This document shows, piece by piece, positions 22,875-31,403 of a stretch of DNA of 37,662 nt. The DNA lies in IMG/VR virus record IMGVR_UViG_3300009095_000035, positions 1 through 37,662 of that record. The stretch is one strand, 5' to 3'. A program made the position numbers and the translations under genes. This DNA is from a virus. How positions within the stretch are numbered: the first letter of the stretch is position 1; the number at the start of each line of letters is the position of its first letter. Below the pieces are notes generated by a model, which saw nothing but the letters and a program-made list of their open reading frames with translations, was not told the origin of the DNA and made no database searches.

Positions 22875-24889
22875 TTTACGATCACCATGATGGGTTTCTG
22901 GGTGTCCGGATCGATCTGCACCCGGCCGGCGTTCAGCAGATAATACGAACCTTCCTTGCCCGGTACTGGTGACAGTGGCATGTCCTCCAGCTGGCTCACC
23001 GGGATTTTGCTGGTCTTGGCCATGCCATCGATCTGCATGTCTACGGACTTGTTGAAGGCGTCGTCATCCATGCCGTACGGTTTGATCACCTTGGCGCCCG
23101 CGCGCTCGGCAACGCCGCCGGTGGCCATGTCGAACGCGGACTGGGATGTCTTGCTATCGAGGTCATCGCCGTCTTCATACTTCACGCCTTTCGATGCGGC
23201 GGAACCTGCATACAAGGACTTGAACGCCAGATAGGCCTGCTCGCGCTGGGGCGTGCCTGGCACCAGAGACGCGCCCGCGTGCTCGTCGAAGGCGTCACGG
23301 AAGAACTTGTCTTTTGGCAGCGGTACCGACTTATCAGCCAACACCTTGGCGCCGGCCAGCAGCGTACGGGGAACGTCCGTGCCATCGGCGCCCTTGAGGC
23401 TGCGGAACTGCGCCATGCCCGCCAGCGTAACGATGGGGTCATCAGCCACCAGCGGCTTGATGGCAGCTGCGTAGTCGGCACCGGACGGAGAGGAGCCAGC
23501 GATAGCGCCGAACAGCTGCAGCTTGGTGCTGTCGTCGGCCTGTTTGATAAGCGATGACAGCATGGCCTGTTCTTCGGGCTTCCATGGGTTGCGGGCAACC
23601 TCAGGGCCGTACGCCTTTCGCACCGAGTTGACCACGTCGAAGCGTTCGGCTATCTGCTCGCCCAACTTCTGCTGGCCCTCGGTGCTGGTGATGCCAGAAA
23701 CGTCCAACGGCGCCACATCGGCGCCGGTTCGCATTGCGTTGAAGCTGAGCGGGTTCTCTCGCATCATCTTCGTGTTGTTGTCCACGGCGGTCTGCAAACG
23801 GTTCAGGTTGGCTTGCTCGGCTACGCTGGCGCCGTTTGACTGCGCTTGCTGGCGCTGCCGGTCAATGAACTGCTGCGCAACCGCTGGCGGCTGCCGTAGG
23901 AGGCCCTGCACCTGATTCATTTCCTGCATGCGGGTATTGAACTCGCCGGCAGCCGAGGTGCCAGACAGCGCAGATTTCCAGCGCTGCTGGTCAGCTGGGG
24001 TTGGGGGCACGCCGGTGGAGGCTTGGCGATCCATCTGTGTCAGGATGCGCTCGGCCTTCATTTCGCGCATTTCGGCCTGGCGCTGCTGGTGTTCCTTCAC
24101 CTGGAAGATGCGGCCGCTCACAGTGTTGAGTAGCTGGTTACGCTTCTCTGGGTCCAGCTTTCTGGCGTAGAAACCGTCCTCGGCAGTGAGGTCATGCTCA
24201 AGCTTTTGCAGGCTACCCACGCTTTCTCGCGCCTCAATAACTCGCTGGGTTGCGTGCGTAGTCCAGTTGCCGTCCTTGAATTCCTGCTTCTTGTGGGCCC
24301 AGGTCTCACCAAATGCCAGGCGCCCAGCAACGTCGATATCCTCGGCGTCCATGCGCGCATTGATTTGATCAACGTTCGCGCCGGGCATTGCGGCGTCTTT
24401 GCCCAGCATGTCCATGCGCGAGGTCAAATCGCTCTGCGCCGACTGTATACGCCCCTTGGCGGCCGATGCACGGATGCTATCCAAGCCGCCCAGCTGGATG
24501 CGTTTGAGCGAATTACCTATCTCGCCCTGTTGGGCCTCATCAAGGCCGGGAGTCTGCAGAGGGTCAAGCTTCGATACTGCGCTGGTGAAGGCCTCCTCGG
24601 ACTTTTCGTAAGGCAGCTGCCCCGTGCGCATCTTCTCGTCCAGGTCCGTGGCGATGGTCTTGATTTGCGACTCGCGGTCGATAAGCGCGTTGCTGGCCTT
24701 CACCCTGGCCAACGCCTGATCTTCCTTGTTGATGTTGTCCAGCACGCCCAGCGCGGCGTTCTGAATGGTGCTGGCCGCCTGTTGAGCGGCCTGGGCCTGA
24801 CCACGATTGTCCACAGTGATGACGCGGCTCTGTGGTGCCTCGGGCAGCACGCGGGTTTGCGCGAAAGCGCCAAGCGGAATCTGTGCCAT
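22871..24889 (-). CDS. Internal virion protein (gp15-like position, 672 aa)
   Basis: Large helical ORF. TAATG-coupled to the upstream gene. Confidence 0.65.
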   Translation of the reverse strand: MAQIPLGAFAQTRVLPEAPQSRVITVDNRGQAQAAQQAASTIQNAALGVLDNINKEDQALARVKASNALIDRESQIKTIATDLDEKMRTGQLPYEKSEEAFTSAVSKLDPLQTPGLDEAQQGEIGNSLKRIQLGGLDSIRASAAKGRIQSAQSDLTSRMDMLGKDAAMPGANVDQINARMDAEDIDVAGRLAFGETWAHKKQEFKDGNWTTHATQRVIEARESVGSLQKLEHDLTAEDGFYARKLDPEKRNQLLNTVSGRIFQVKEHQQRQAEMREMKAERILTQMDRQASTGVPPTPADQQRWKSALSGTSAAGEFNTRMQEMNQVQGLLRQPPAVAQQFIDRQRQQAQSNGASVAEQANLNRLQTAVDNNTKMMRENPLSFNAMRTGADVAPLDVSGITSTEGQQKLGEQIAERFDVVNSVRKAYGPEVARNPWKPEEQAMLSSLIKQADDSTKLQLFGAIAGSSPSGADYAAAIKPLVADDPIVTLAGMAQFRSLKGADGTDVPRTLLAGAKVLADKSVPLPKDKFFRDAFDEHAGASLVPGTPQREQAYLAFKSLYAGSAASKGVKYEDGDDLDSKTSQSAFDMATGGVAERAGAKVIKPYGMDDDAFNKSVDMQIDGMAKTSKIPVSQLEDMPLSPVPGKEGSYYLLNAGRVQIDPDTQKPIMVIVK

Positions 24890-25416
24890 TAGCCATTACC
24901 CCCGACCTTGGTGACTGTTCCGTTCTTGCCAGCCGCTGATGCCTTCCAGGACATTGCCGCGCTTGCCCCTGCGTTAAGCACCGTGCCAATGGATTGTGAG
25001 TTGGCAGCGCTCCGCGCCTGGGTGCCGGCGAGGCTGTAGTTGCTGGCGTCGGCGTAGCCGCGGGCCTTCTGGTTTTGGCCGTTGAAGATGGTCAGCGCCG
25101 CGTCTTCCTCGGCATTACCGATGATTTCCTCGTTGATGTTGGTCGCGGTGCCGGCGCCGGTCTCAACGCCCGAAGCTGCCAGAGAGGCATTGGCTTCGCT
25201 GGCCTGGTTGCGCGCAAGCCTGCGGATGCGATCAGCCTGCACCACCGCGGCGCTGGCCGCCGTGTCGGCATCCGCCTGCGCCTGGTCGGACTGGGCGTTC
25301 GCATTGAGCTGGGCCTGCTTGCCTGACTGCTGGGTGCTGTACACCGAGTAGATGGTGGCTGCTGCCATTGCTGCATATGCGGCGTAACCGGCCGCGCCTA
25401 CTGCTCCTACTGCCAT
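24889..25416 (-). CDS. Internal virion protein (gp14-like position, 175 aa)
   Basis: N-terminal hydrophobic segment MAVGAVGAAGYAAYAAMAAATIY, then Ala/Gln-rich sequence. Confidence 0.6.
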   Translation of the reverse strand: MAVGAVGAAGYAAYAAMAAATIYSVYSTQQSGKQAQLNANAQSDQAQADADTAASAAVVQADRIRRLARNQASEANASLAASGVETGAGTATNINEEIIGNAEEDAALTIFNGQNQKARGYADASNYSLAGTQARSAANSQSIGTVLNAGASAAMSWKASAAGKNGTVTKVGGNG

Positions 25417-25418
25417 GA

Positions 25419-25862
25419 TCAGATCTCCATCATCAAAAGCGGGCCGATGCTGCGCAGGCCCTGTGACTCATACAGTCGGGTCGTGCCTTCGACGCTCACG
25501 CCGGTACCGATGCCCATATAGATTTGTTTCGCGCCCTTGAGCCTTGCCCATTCCTTGAACGTCTGGATCAAGCGGACGGCGATCACGCCATTACGCTTGG
25601 ATGGCTCAACAAACAGGGAGTAGTCATAGGCGATCAGGTCATTACTGAACCACTGATCAGTCACGGCACCCGCCATGCCGCCAACCACTTCGCCGCGCAC
25701 CTCGGCAACGAAGACAACGCCCTGCCCGTTGATCAGCTCATGCAGGAAGGCCGCCGACTTGACCGGGCAGAAGGCCATGGCCGAATAGCTGGTGGTGGAA
25801 TGCAGCAGCGTGCCCAGCTCAATCAGCCTGGGCACGTCGGAGTGTTTAGCGGGCCTGATCAT
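25419..25862 (-). CDS. GNAT-family N-acetyltransferase
   Basis: 147 aa. ...VVFVAEVRGEVVGGMAG... then ...LFVEPSKRNGVIAVRLIQTFKEWARLKGAK.... RNGVIA matches the R-x-x-G-x-A acetyl-CoA motif. GAGGTG lies 5 nt upstream of the start. Confidence 0.75.
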   Translation of the reverse strand: MIRPAKHSDVPRLIELGTLLHSTTSYSAMAFCPVKSAAFLHELINGQGVVFVAEVRGEVVGGMAGAVTDQWFSNDLIAYDYSLFVEPSKRNGVIAVRLIQTFKEWARLKGAKQIYMGIGTGVSVEGTTRLYESQGLRSIGPLLMMEI

Positions 25863-25871
25863 GGTGGCACC

Positions 25872-28022
25872 TCAGTCGTTGATCGTTATTTTCTTGATGA
25901 CGTTCAGCAGGTGGAACGGCAAGGGCTGGTCTTGCTCGATCACCAGCGTGGCTTGGCCCCGATCCCATCCAAGGTTCTCCAGGCGGTGCACGCCGGTGAA
26001 CAGTACGGGCGGCTTGTCGAGGATCTGCGTGCCCAGGTCGCGGAACGCGATGATCTGGCCATTGATCTTGCAGCCAATGGTGTCGAGGAATCGCAAAGAG
26101 ACCTCACCAATCCGCATGCTATTGCCCTGCGAACTGCCGGTGTTGCCCTGCGCCTCTGGGGTCAACGTCTTGATCCTGGTCTTGAAATTCAGACCGATCG
26201 ATGTCGCGAAGGCTTTGCGCGGGATGGTTACTTGGCCGCCTGTAACGAGCTGCTGTTGCATCACCACACCGTCCGCGACGATGTCCACCATCTTTCCCTC
26301 CAGGTGAGAGAGGCCGCCCCAAACAGCCGCACCTGGGCCGCTGGTAGCATTCACGCCAGAATCGACGCGCACTTCACTGGTGAACCGCTCGATGTAACGA
26401 ACGTTTGCCCCGTTGATGGTGCGGCGCACCACCGCCCACACCTGGTCACCGGTGCTGGTAGGGATGGCGGCTGCGGATTCAAAGGCTCCATCAGTGATCT
26501 GTCGGGCCCAGCCGATCACGTCCTGGTCGCGGTCCACAGTCATGGTCGCCATAACGCCGTCGGCCCGAACCATGAACAGAATGGATTCGGGCTCCTGCTG
26601 GTAGGCCATATCAACGATTCCGGACTTGGTTGCATGCTCAGCAAGCACGGACATATCAGGCGACCCGAATGTGTCGGAGTCGTACTTGTAGGCCATGGCG
26701 CGCAGCTTGCGGCCTGCACGCTGGACGAAATACAGTTCGTTGCCGATCCGCACCGGGCGCACGCGATTGCAGCCGTAGACCGATGGGTTCTTGGCGCGAA
26801 TGTTGGTCGGAGTGATGGCCTTCTCGACGCCGCCGCTCACCGTGAACTCGCCGCCGTAAGTCAGCGGAATCAGGGCATTGATCTGGCCGATGTGCAGGAT
26901 GGGGTTGATTTGGTCAGAGGACAGGTTGTACGAGATTGCATCGTCGTCCTTGGTACCCAGTTCGAAGTTCAGGTATTCCCCGGTGCGCGATTCCCAAATG
27001 GTTTGCGGGAAGTTCTGCGAGCCACCCAAGGCAAGGCGCTGCTCATACAGGGTGCCTGCACCCGGATAGCCATCAATATCGTTCCACACCGAAGCTTCAA
27101 GCGACCAGGCATTGGCCGGCGATGCAACAGCGGACGTGGGAGCGGAACGGATAATGCCAGACGCCACCGTGGCGCTGGTGTAAGTGCTCACCTCGAGCAA
27201 ACCGCCATTGATCTTGACGAACTTGCCCACGTCATTGCTGCGCCACCCAGTATCCCCAAGGGTCATGCTGACAGAGGCGCCTACGGGCGTGAACGCGCTC
27301 AAGGTGTTAGTGGTCTGCGGCGAACCCTTCAAAGACCAGGCAGAACGAGTGGCGGCACTGAATGCATTGACTACCTCGACGGTGGCCGAGGTGGGACTTG
27401 CCACTGCTGTGATCTTGGCTACGCCCCCGCCCGACCAGATTTCCCTGTCTACATCTGCAGCCAAAAACACAGCAGCGGCGGAGGTAGCTGTGCGCCCAGC
27501 GCCCACCGCTGGGCTACTGAGGGTGATCGAGGTTAAGAGGTCTATTCCCTTTTCATCGAATGGCTTGGTCACAAACGGAGCGGGGGCCAGACTCCACTCG
27601 GTGTTGGTGATACGACGAAGGCGGTACACGGGCACCGTGTTGCAGAAGATGAACATGGTGTCGGCGCCCTGAACATAGTCAAGGCGGTCGAGGATGGTGT
27701 GCGCATAAGGGCTGGCCAGCTCGATGCCGCTGTAAGACCCATCGGAAAAGAAGATCCTGACGTACAGATCCCCGAACTCAACCATGTAGGCCTGGGAGGC
27801 ATTGAACACATAGGGGATCAATCGGCACTTCTTGTCAGGGTATTTAGCTGACGCACACATCAACGTGCCGTCACGGCGCATGCATCCTCCATGGATGACC
27901 GGCCAGGCGTTTTCGATGATCTCTGCACCGTTCTGGTATCGGGCGATATCGACACGCCCCAGCATGCGCGGAGAAACCTCGCCGGCGGTGAAGTTGGTTT
28001 GATTCAGCGTCAGGCGAGGCAT
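25872..28022 (-). CDS. Tail tubular protein B / nozzle (gp12-like)
   Basis: 716 aa from the ATG at 28022, which is TAATG-coupled to the upstream gene. The N-terminus MPRLTLNQTNFTAGEVSPRMLGRVDIARYQNG is typical of podovirus nozzle proteins. Confidence 0.7.
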   Translation of the reverse strand: MPRLTLNQTNFTAGEVSPRMLGRVDIARYQNGAEIIENAWPVIHGGCMRRDGTLMCASAKYPDKKCRLIPYVFNASQAYMVEFGDLYVRIFFSDGSYSGIELASPYAHTILDRLDYVQGADTMFIFCNTVPVYRLRRITNTEWSLAPAPFVTKPFDEKGIDLLTSITLSSPAVGAGRTATSAAAVFLAADVDREIWSGGGVAKITAVASPTSATVEVVNAFSAATRSAWSLKGSPQTTNTLSAFTPVGASVSMTLGDTGWRSNDVGKFVKINGGLLEVSTYTSATVASGIIRSAPTSAVASPANAWSLEASVWNDIDGYPGAGTLYEQRLALGGSQNFPQTIWESRTGEYLNFELGTKDDDAISYNLSSDQINPILHIGQINALIPLTYGGEFTVSGGVEKAITPTNIRAKNPSVYGCNRVRPVRIGNELYFVQRAGRKLRAMAYKYDSDTFGSPDMSVLAEHATKSGIVDMAYQQEPESILFMVRADGVMATMTVDRDQDVIGWARQITDGAFESAAAIPTSTGDQVWAVVRRTINGANVRYIERFTSEVRVDSGVNATSGPGAAVWGGLSHLEGKMVDIVADGVVMQQQLVTGGQVTIPRKAFATSIGLNFKTRIKTLTPEAQGNTGSSQGNSMRIGEVSLRFLDTIGCKINGQIIAFRDLGTQILDKPPVLFTGVHRLENLGWDRGQATLVIEQDQPLPFHLLNVIKKITIND

Positions 28023-28609
28023 TACCAACCACCCCCGAACCGTGCGCGCAACAGGCGCTCATCACCCAGGGTCTGCGGAGGATCCTCCTGACCATCAACA
28101 GCGCGAGCTCGGCGCAGCATCAGTTCAAGCTTCTGCTCTTCGCCGGCCTGCTTGGCAGTCGATTGGGTGACTGGATAGGCCAGCGTTGCGCACATGGCCT
28201 GCGTGACAAGAGCTACCAGATGAGCATCCCAAGTGTTTTCAACCTCATTGCGGAACACGTAGCGCAGCTCCAAGACGGTGGTGTCAGCCTGGATGGTGCG
28301 GCCCTCAACGAGATAATCGATCTGCTGCCCGCCGGTGCCGACTTCCAGCACGCGCGAGAAGTCCGCCGGTAGCTCAAAGGAGTGGGAGTAACCGAACAGC
28401 GGCGCAACCGCATCAGGGGCCAGAATCGCCCGCTTGATGCAGCAGTTCCAAGGATGGGACCGCAACATGTCGTCGCGCACTGTCGGATAGAGGTTGGCGC
28501 AAAGCTTGGCTCGGTCCAGGTTCAGCTGGTCGGCAAAGTCGTTGATGGTCTGCGAGCCCAGCATCAGCAGCGCGTTGGAACAGATCGATACACCGGTGGC
28601 CATTGTCAT
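28022..28609 (-). CDS. Tail tubular protein A / adaptor (gp11-like)
   Basis: 195 aa from the ATG at 28609, 6 nt after GGAGG. T7 gp11 is 196 aa. First gene after the post-capsid terminator. Confidence 0.6.
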   Translation of the reverse strand: MTMATGVSICSNALLMLGSQTINDFADQLNLDRAKLCANLYPTVRDDMLRSHPWNCCIKRAILAPDAVAPLFGYSHSFELPADFSRVLEVGTGGQQIDYLVEGRTIQADTTVLELRYVFRNEVENTWDAHLVALVTQAMCATLAYPVTQSTAKQAGEEQKLELMLRRARAVDGQEDPPQTLGDERLLRARFGGGW

Positions 28610-28620
28610 TCCCAACCTCC

Positions 28621-28651
28621 AGATAAAAAGACCGGGGCACTGGGCCCCGGT
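28621..28651 (-). terminator. Intrinsic terminator after the capsid gene pair (T-phi-like position)
   Basis: Sense strand ACCGGGGC-CCAGT-GCCCCGGT followed by CTTTTTAT, 33 nt after the stop at 28684. Confidence 0.75.
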
Positions 28652-28683
28652 AAGTTATTTGCCATCCTTGGCGGCCCGTGAAA

Positions 28684-29208
28684 TCAGTTGCCGTCGATGT
28701 ATTGCAACTTCAGGCTGACAGTCCCGGCGCCAGTTGCGGCGGCGGTGAGGGTGACGGCCACGTCGTATTGCTTGCCTGGATCAGCAGCAAGACCTAGCGC
28801 CTGCCACAGAGGTTTCTCGATGTCTGCCAAACCGAAGCCTGCGCCAGCGTCTGCCGCGTCCGCTTCGTGGGTCACGTCCTGGTTGATGAGCGCAGAAGTG
28901 AGCGCTTGAGCAGAGGCGAAGAAGTCAACGTCAACCACTGCGCCAGCGTTAACGGCGAGCACGTCGTACAGACCGATATCGCCAACAGCGGTGGTGATCG
29001 CATCGCAAGACAGCAGCAGGCGGGAAACGCGATCCACCGAGTTGATGCGCATCAGGCGATACACAGAACCGATAGAGTCGGCGGCGCCGGCCTCGACAAA
29101 GCCGACACGCTCACGCAGGCGGCCACCGTCGATACGCTGCGGAGACAGGGTTTGTGGGAGGGCGTCGGAGTTGGTGACCGCCGTCGATTTGAGAGTTACT
29201 ACAGCCAT
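28684..29208 (-). CDS. Hypothetical structural protein following the capsid gene (decoration or minor capsid candidate)
   Basis: 174-aa ORF lying between the capsid gene and a terminator. No motif recognised. Confidence 0.55.
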   Translation of the reverse strand: MAVVTLKSTAVTNSDALPQTLSPQRIDGGRLRERVGFVEAGAADSIGSVYRLMRINSVDRVSRLLLSCDAITTAVGDIGLYDVLAVNAGAVVDVDFFASAQALTSALINQDVTHEADAADAGAGFGLADIEKPLWQALGLAADPGKQYDVAVTLTAAATGAGTVSLKLQYIDGN

Positions 29209-29249
29209 GATTGTTGCTCCTGATAAGATGGGAGAAGGCCAAAAGCCGC

Positions 29250-30116
29250 TTACGCGGCTTCGGTTACAGAGATTTCAACAACCTTCTCTTCTTCCACCCG
29301 CACGGAGCCGATGGACATTTTTCCGTAGATACGGACGTTGAAGCCTTTGCCTGGATCCTCGCCAACCTTGGTGACGATATCGGCACCCTTGCCGAGGGTT
29401 ACACCCGACTTGGCCCAGGCGTAGAGCCTGCGGGTAGAACCGTCATACGGGGTGCGCTCGGACGGAATCCAGGTGAAGCCCATCCACTTGCCTTCCACAT
29501 CGCCGCTCTCGAGGAACTTGCCAGCCATGTAGTCCGCACTGGTCAAGGTCGCATCGGCGAGGATGTCGGCAGCCGCCTGCGCGCTATAGGTGATGCACAG
29601 CTCTTCACCGTTGTGATTGTCCGCCTCGTTTTTGCGGAACAGCTTGCGGGCCTGAATGATCTTGGCCTTGGTCAAACCGGTGCCGCCCACGGCGATCTTC
29701 TGAACGGTTGGCAGGATGATGTTGCCGGTGGTGGAACGGGAGAACCCGCCCATGCTGGCAATGATCACGTCGTCTTTGGCGCGGTTCAGCGAACTGACCA
29801 TGGCTTTGACGTAGTCCGAAGTCGGATCAACCAACATGCGGATCTTGTCCTGGTCGTCGAGCATGTCGCCGTCTTCCCAGTCGAACAGATCCACAAAGCG
29901 CGTGCTGTGTGGCTGATCGTTGATCGGGGTGTCGCCATGGCGAGTGGTGCGGCGCTTGGCAGTACGTTGACCAAGACGGTTGATCGACTTGGACATACCA
30001 ACGATGTTTGGCTCGATGGTCACATGACCTTCAAGGCGGGAGGTCATTTGCTGCGCCAGGTGACGGAAGTTATCGCCGTACTGCTGGACAAAGGCTTCTG
30101 TGATTTGAAAGGACAT
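29250..30116 (-). CDS. Major capsid protein
   Basis: Start at the internal ATG at 30116 (MSFQITEAFVQQYGDNFRHLAQQM...) preceded by GGAG. 288 aa, directly after the scaffold gene. Confidence 0.7.
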   Translation of the reverse strand: MSFQITEAFVQQYGDNFRHLAQQMTSRLEGHVTIEPNIVGMSKSINRLGQRTAKRRTTRHGDTPINDQPHSTRFVDLFDWEDGDMLDDQDKIRMLVDPTSDYVKAMVSSLNRAKDDVIIASMGGFSRSTTGNIILPTVQKIAVGGTGLTKAKIIQARKLFRKNEADNHNGEELCITYSAQAAADILADATLTSADYMAGKFLESGDVEGKWMGFTWIPSERTPYDGSTRRLYAWAKSGVTLGKGADIVTKVGEDPGKGFNVRIYGKMSIGSVRVEEEKVVEISVTEAA

Positions 30117-30282
30117 TCGATGCACTCCAATGCAGATAAGGGATTGCCTTCCGGTTGTCCGCTTTGCGGGCCGGCATTCCTGGCGTGCATCGGCTTTGCT
30201 GCGCCTGGGGCGTTCCGGTTGTCTGCATGCCATCGCAGGCCGGCCCATTGCTGGGATGCCTGCGATGTTTGTGCATGGGGGG

Positions 30283-30302
30283 TGTCGGTTTCCCGACTAT
30301 TT
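30283..30302 (-). promoter_or_regulatory. Late element copy 3 (between the scaffold and capsid genes)
   Basis: Plus strand TGTCGGTTTCCCGACTATTT. Sense strand AAATAGTCGG-GAAA-CCGACA. Confidence 0.6.
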
Positions 30303-30312
30303 GACGCGGGGA

Positions 30313-31155
30313 TCAGCCAAGGCGGGGTTGCTTGTTGTACTTGCGGTCGTAGAGCGCATCCAGTTGAGCCTGAATGCCCGGGCGCTTAGCGTCATGTGCC
30401 GGCAAATCCTGCAGCTGCTGACGCAGTTCGGCCGTCTTCACAGCAAAATCGCCCTCGCTGGCCGGGCCGCCGCCGTTGATGGCGCTGTCTTCCTTGAGTT
30501 CCTTGCCGATGTTGGCGGTGAAGGCGATGAAGTCGGGATCCTTCCCGAACTTACGATTCAATGCCTCGTAACTGCCAAGCCCTTGTTCATTGGCGAAGGT
30601 AGACGACGCCAGATAGGAGGCGCGCACGTTCTGGCTCATTGCCTTGTCGTCGGTCCATACGGCTTTCAGCGCATCGGTGCAACCCTGCAAGTCGAGTGTT
30701 TCAGCACCACCAACCAAGGCAGGCGCCGCCTTCATGTATTCGCCGATGACGTACTGCACCTGGTCATTGGTCAGGCCTTTGGCGTGGGCGCCCTTCAGGA
30801 ACGATTGGGTGCCCTCGTCGACCTTGAACTCATCCCAGTTAAAGCCCTCGACGCCCTCCAGCTTGACCGCGTATTCCTCGGGAGTCTTGGGCGGAACATC
30901 GCCGGAACCAAAGCGGGTTTCGAGGTGCTTGTACGCTTCGGCAACCTTGCGGCTCGATGCTTCCTGGTCAAGGCTGCCGTCCTCTTTCATGACGCGGAGC
31001 TTTTCGGGAATGTAGTCGGTGCCGGTGTTGCCACTGTCCAGCACAGAGCTGGTGGGCGCAGGTGCAGCAGGTGCTGCCGGTGTGGATGGGTCGCCACCCT
31101 CGCCCGCTTCGGCCATAAAAAAATGGCCCATCCGGCCATGGATAAACATGTTCAT
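30313..31155 (-). CDS. Scaffolding protein (by position and composition)
   Basis: 280 aa, acidic and helical, between portal and capsid. GAGGAA lies 5 nt upstream of the start. Confidence 0.6.
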   Translation of the reverse strand: MNMFIHGRMGHFFMAEAGEGGDPSTPAAPAAPAPTSSVLDSGNTGTDYIPEKLRVMKEDGSLDQEASSRKVAEAYKHLETRFGSGDVPPKTPEEYAVKLEGVEGFNWDEFKVDEGTQSFLKGAHAKGLTNDQVQYVIGEYMKAAPALVGGAETLDLQGCTDALKAVWTDDKAMSQNVRASYLASSTFANEQGLGSYEALNRKFGKDPDFIAFTANIGKELKEDSAINGGGPASEGDFAVKTAELRQQLQDLPAHDAKRPGIQAQLDALYDRKYNKQPRLG

Positions 31156-31157
31156 CG

Positions 31158-31403
31158 TTATTCCTCTTGTTCGTTGGGATCGGCTTGGACGCCGTTGGCA
31201 CGGTTGATACGGTTAACAACGTGGTCGAGGACTTCACGGGCCCCGGCCTGTTTGTACGTGGTGAGGATTGCGTCGATACCGCCGACGGTGCAGGCGTTCT
31301 TGGCGAAGCGCTGCACCAGTAGGTCCAGACACATGGCGCCTTCGTGGTGCTCCTCGAATACGCGCTTGAACATCGCGTCGATCTGTTCCGGGGTCATGGT
31401 CAT
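31158..31403 (-). CDS. Hypothetical protein (81 aa)
   Basis: ATGA-coupled to the portal gene. Confidence 0.55.
   Translation of the reverse strand: MTMTPEQIDAMFKRVFEEHHEGAMCLDLLVQRFAKNACTVGGIDAILTTYKQAGAREVLDHVVNRINRANGVQADPNEQEE

Noticed and set aside
25524-27536. 670-aa plus-strand ORF. Other long antisense ORFs are 6302-7570 (-), 29211-30389 (+), 30130-31542 (+), 32961-33908 (+), 20139-21059 (+) and 14769-15434 (+).
   Set aside because: These lie opposite well-supported genes. Their translations are Arg/Gly/Ala/His-rich nonsense typical of shadow ORFs in GC-rich DNA. They lack ribosome-binding sites and do not fit the tight operon structure.
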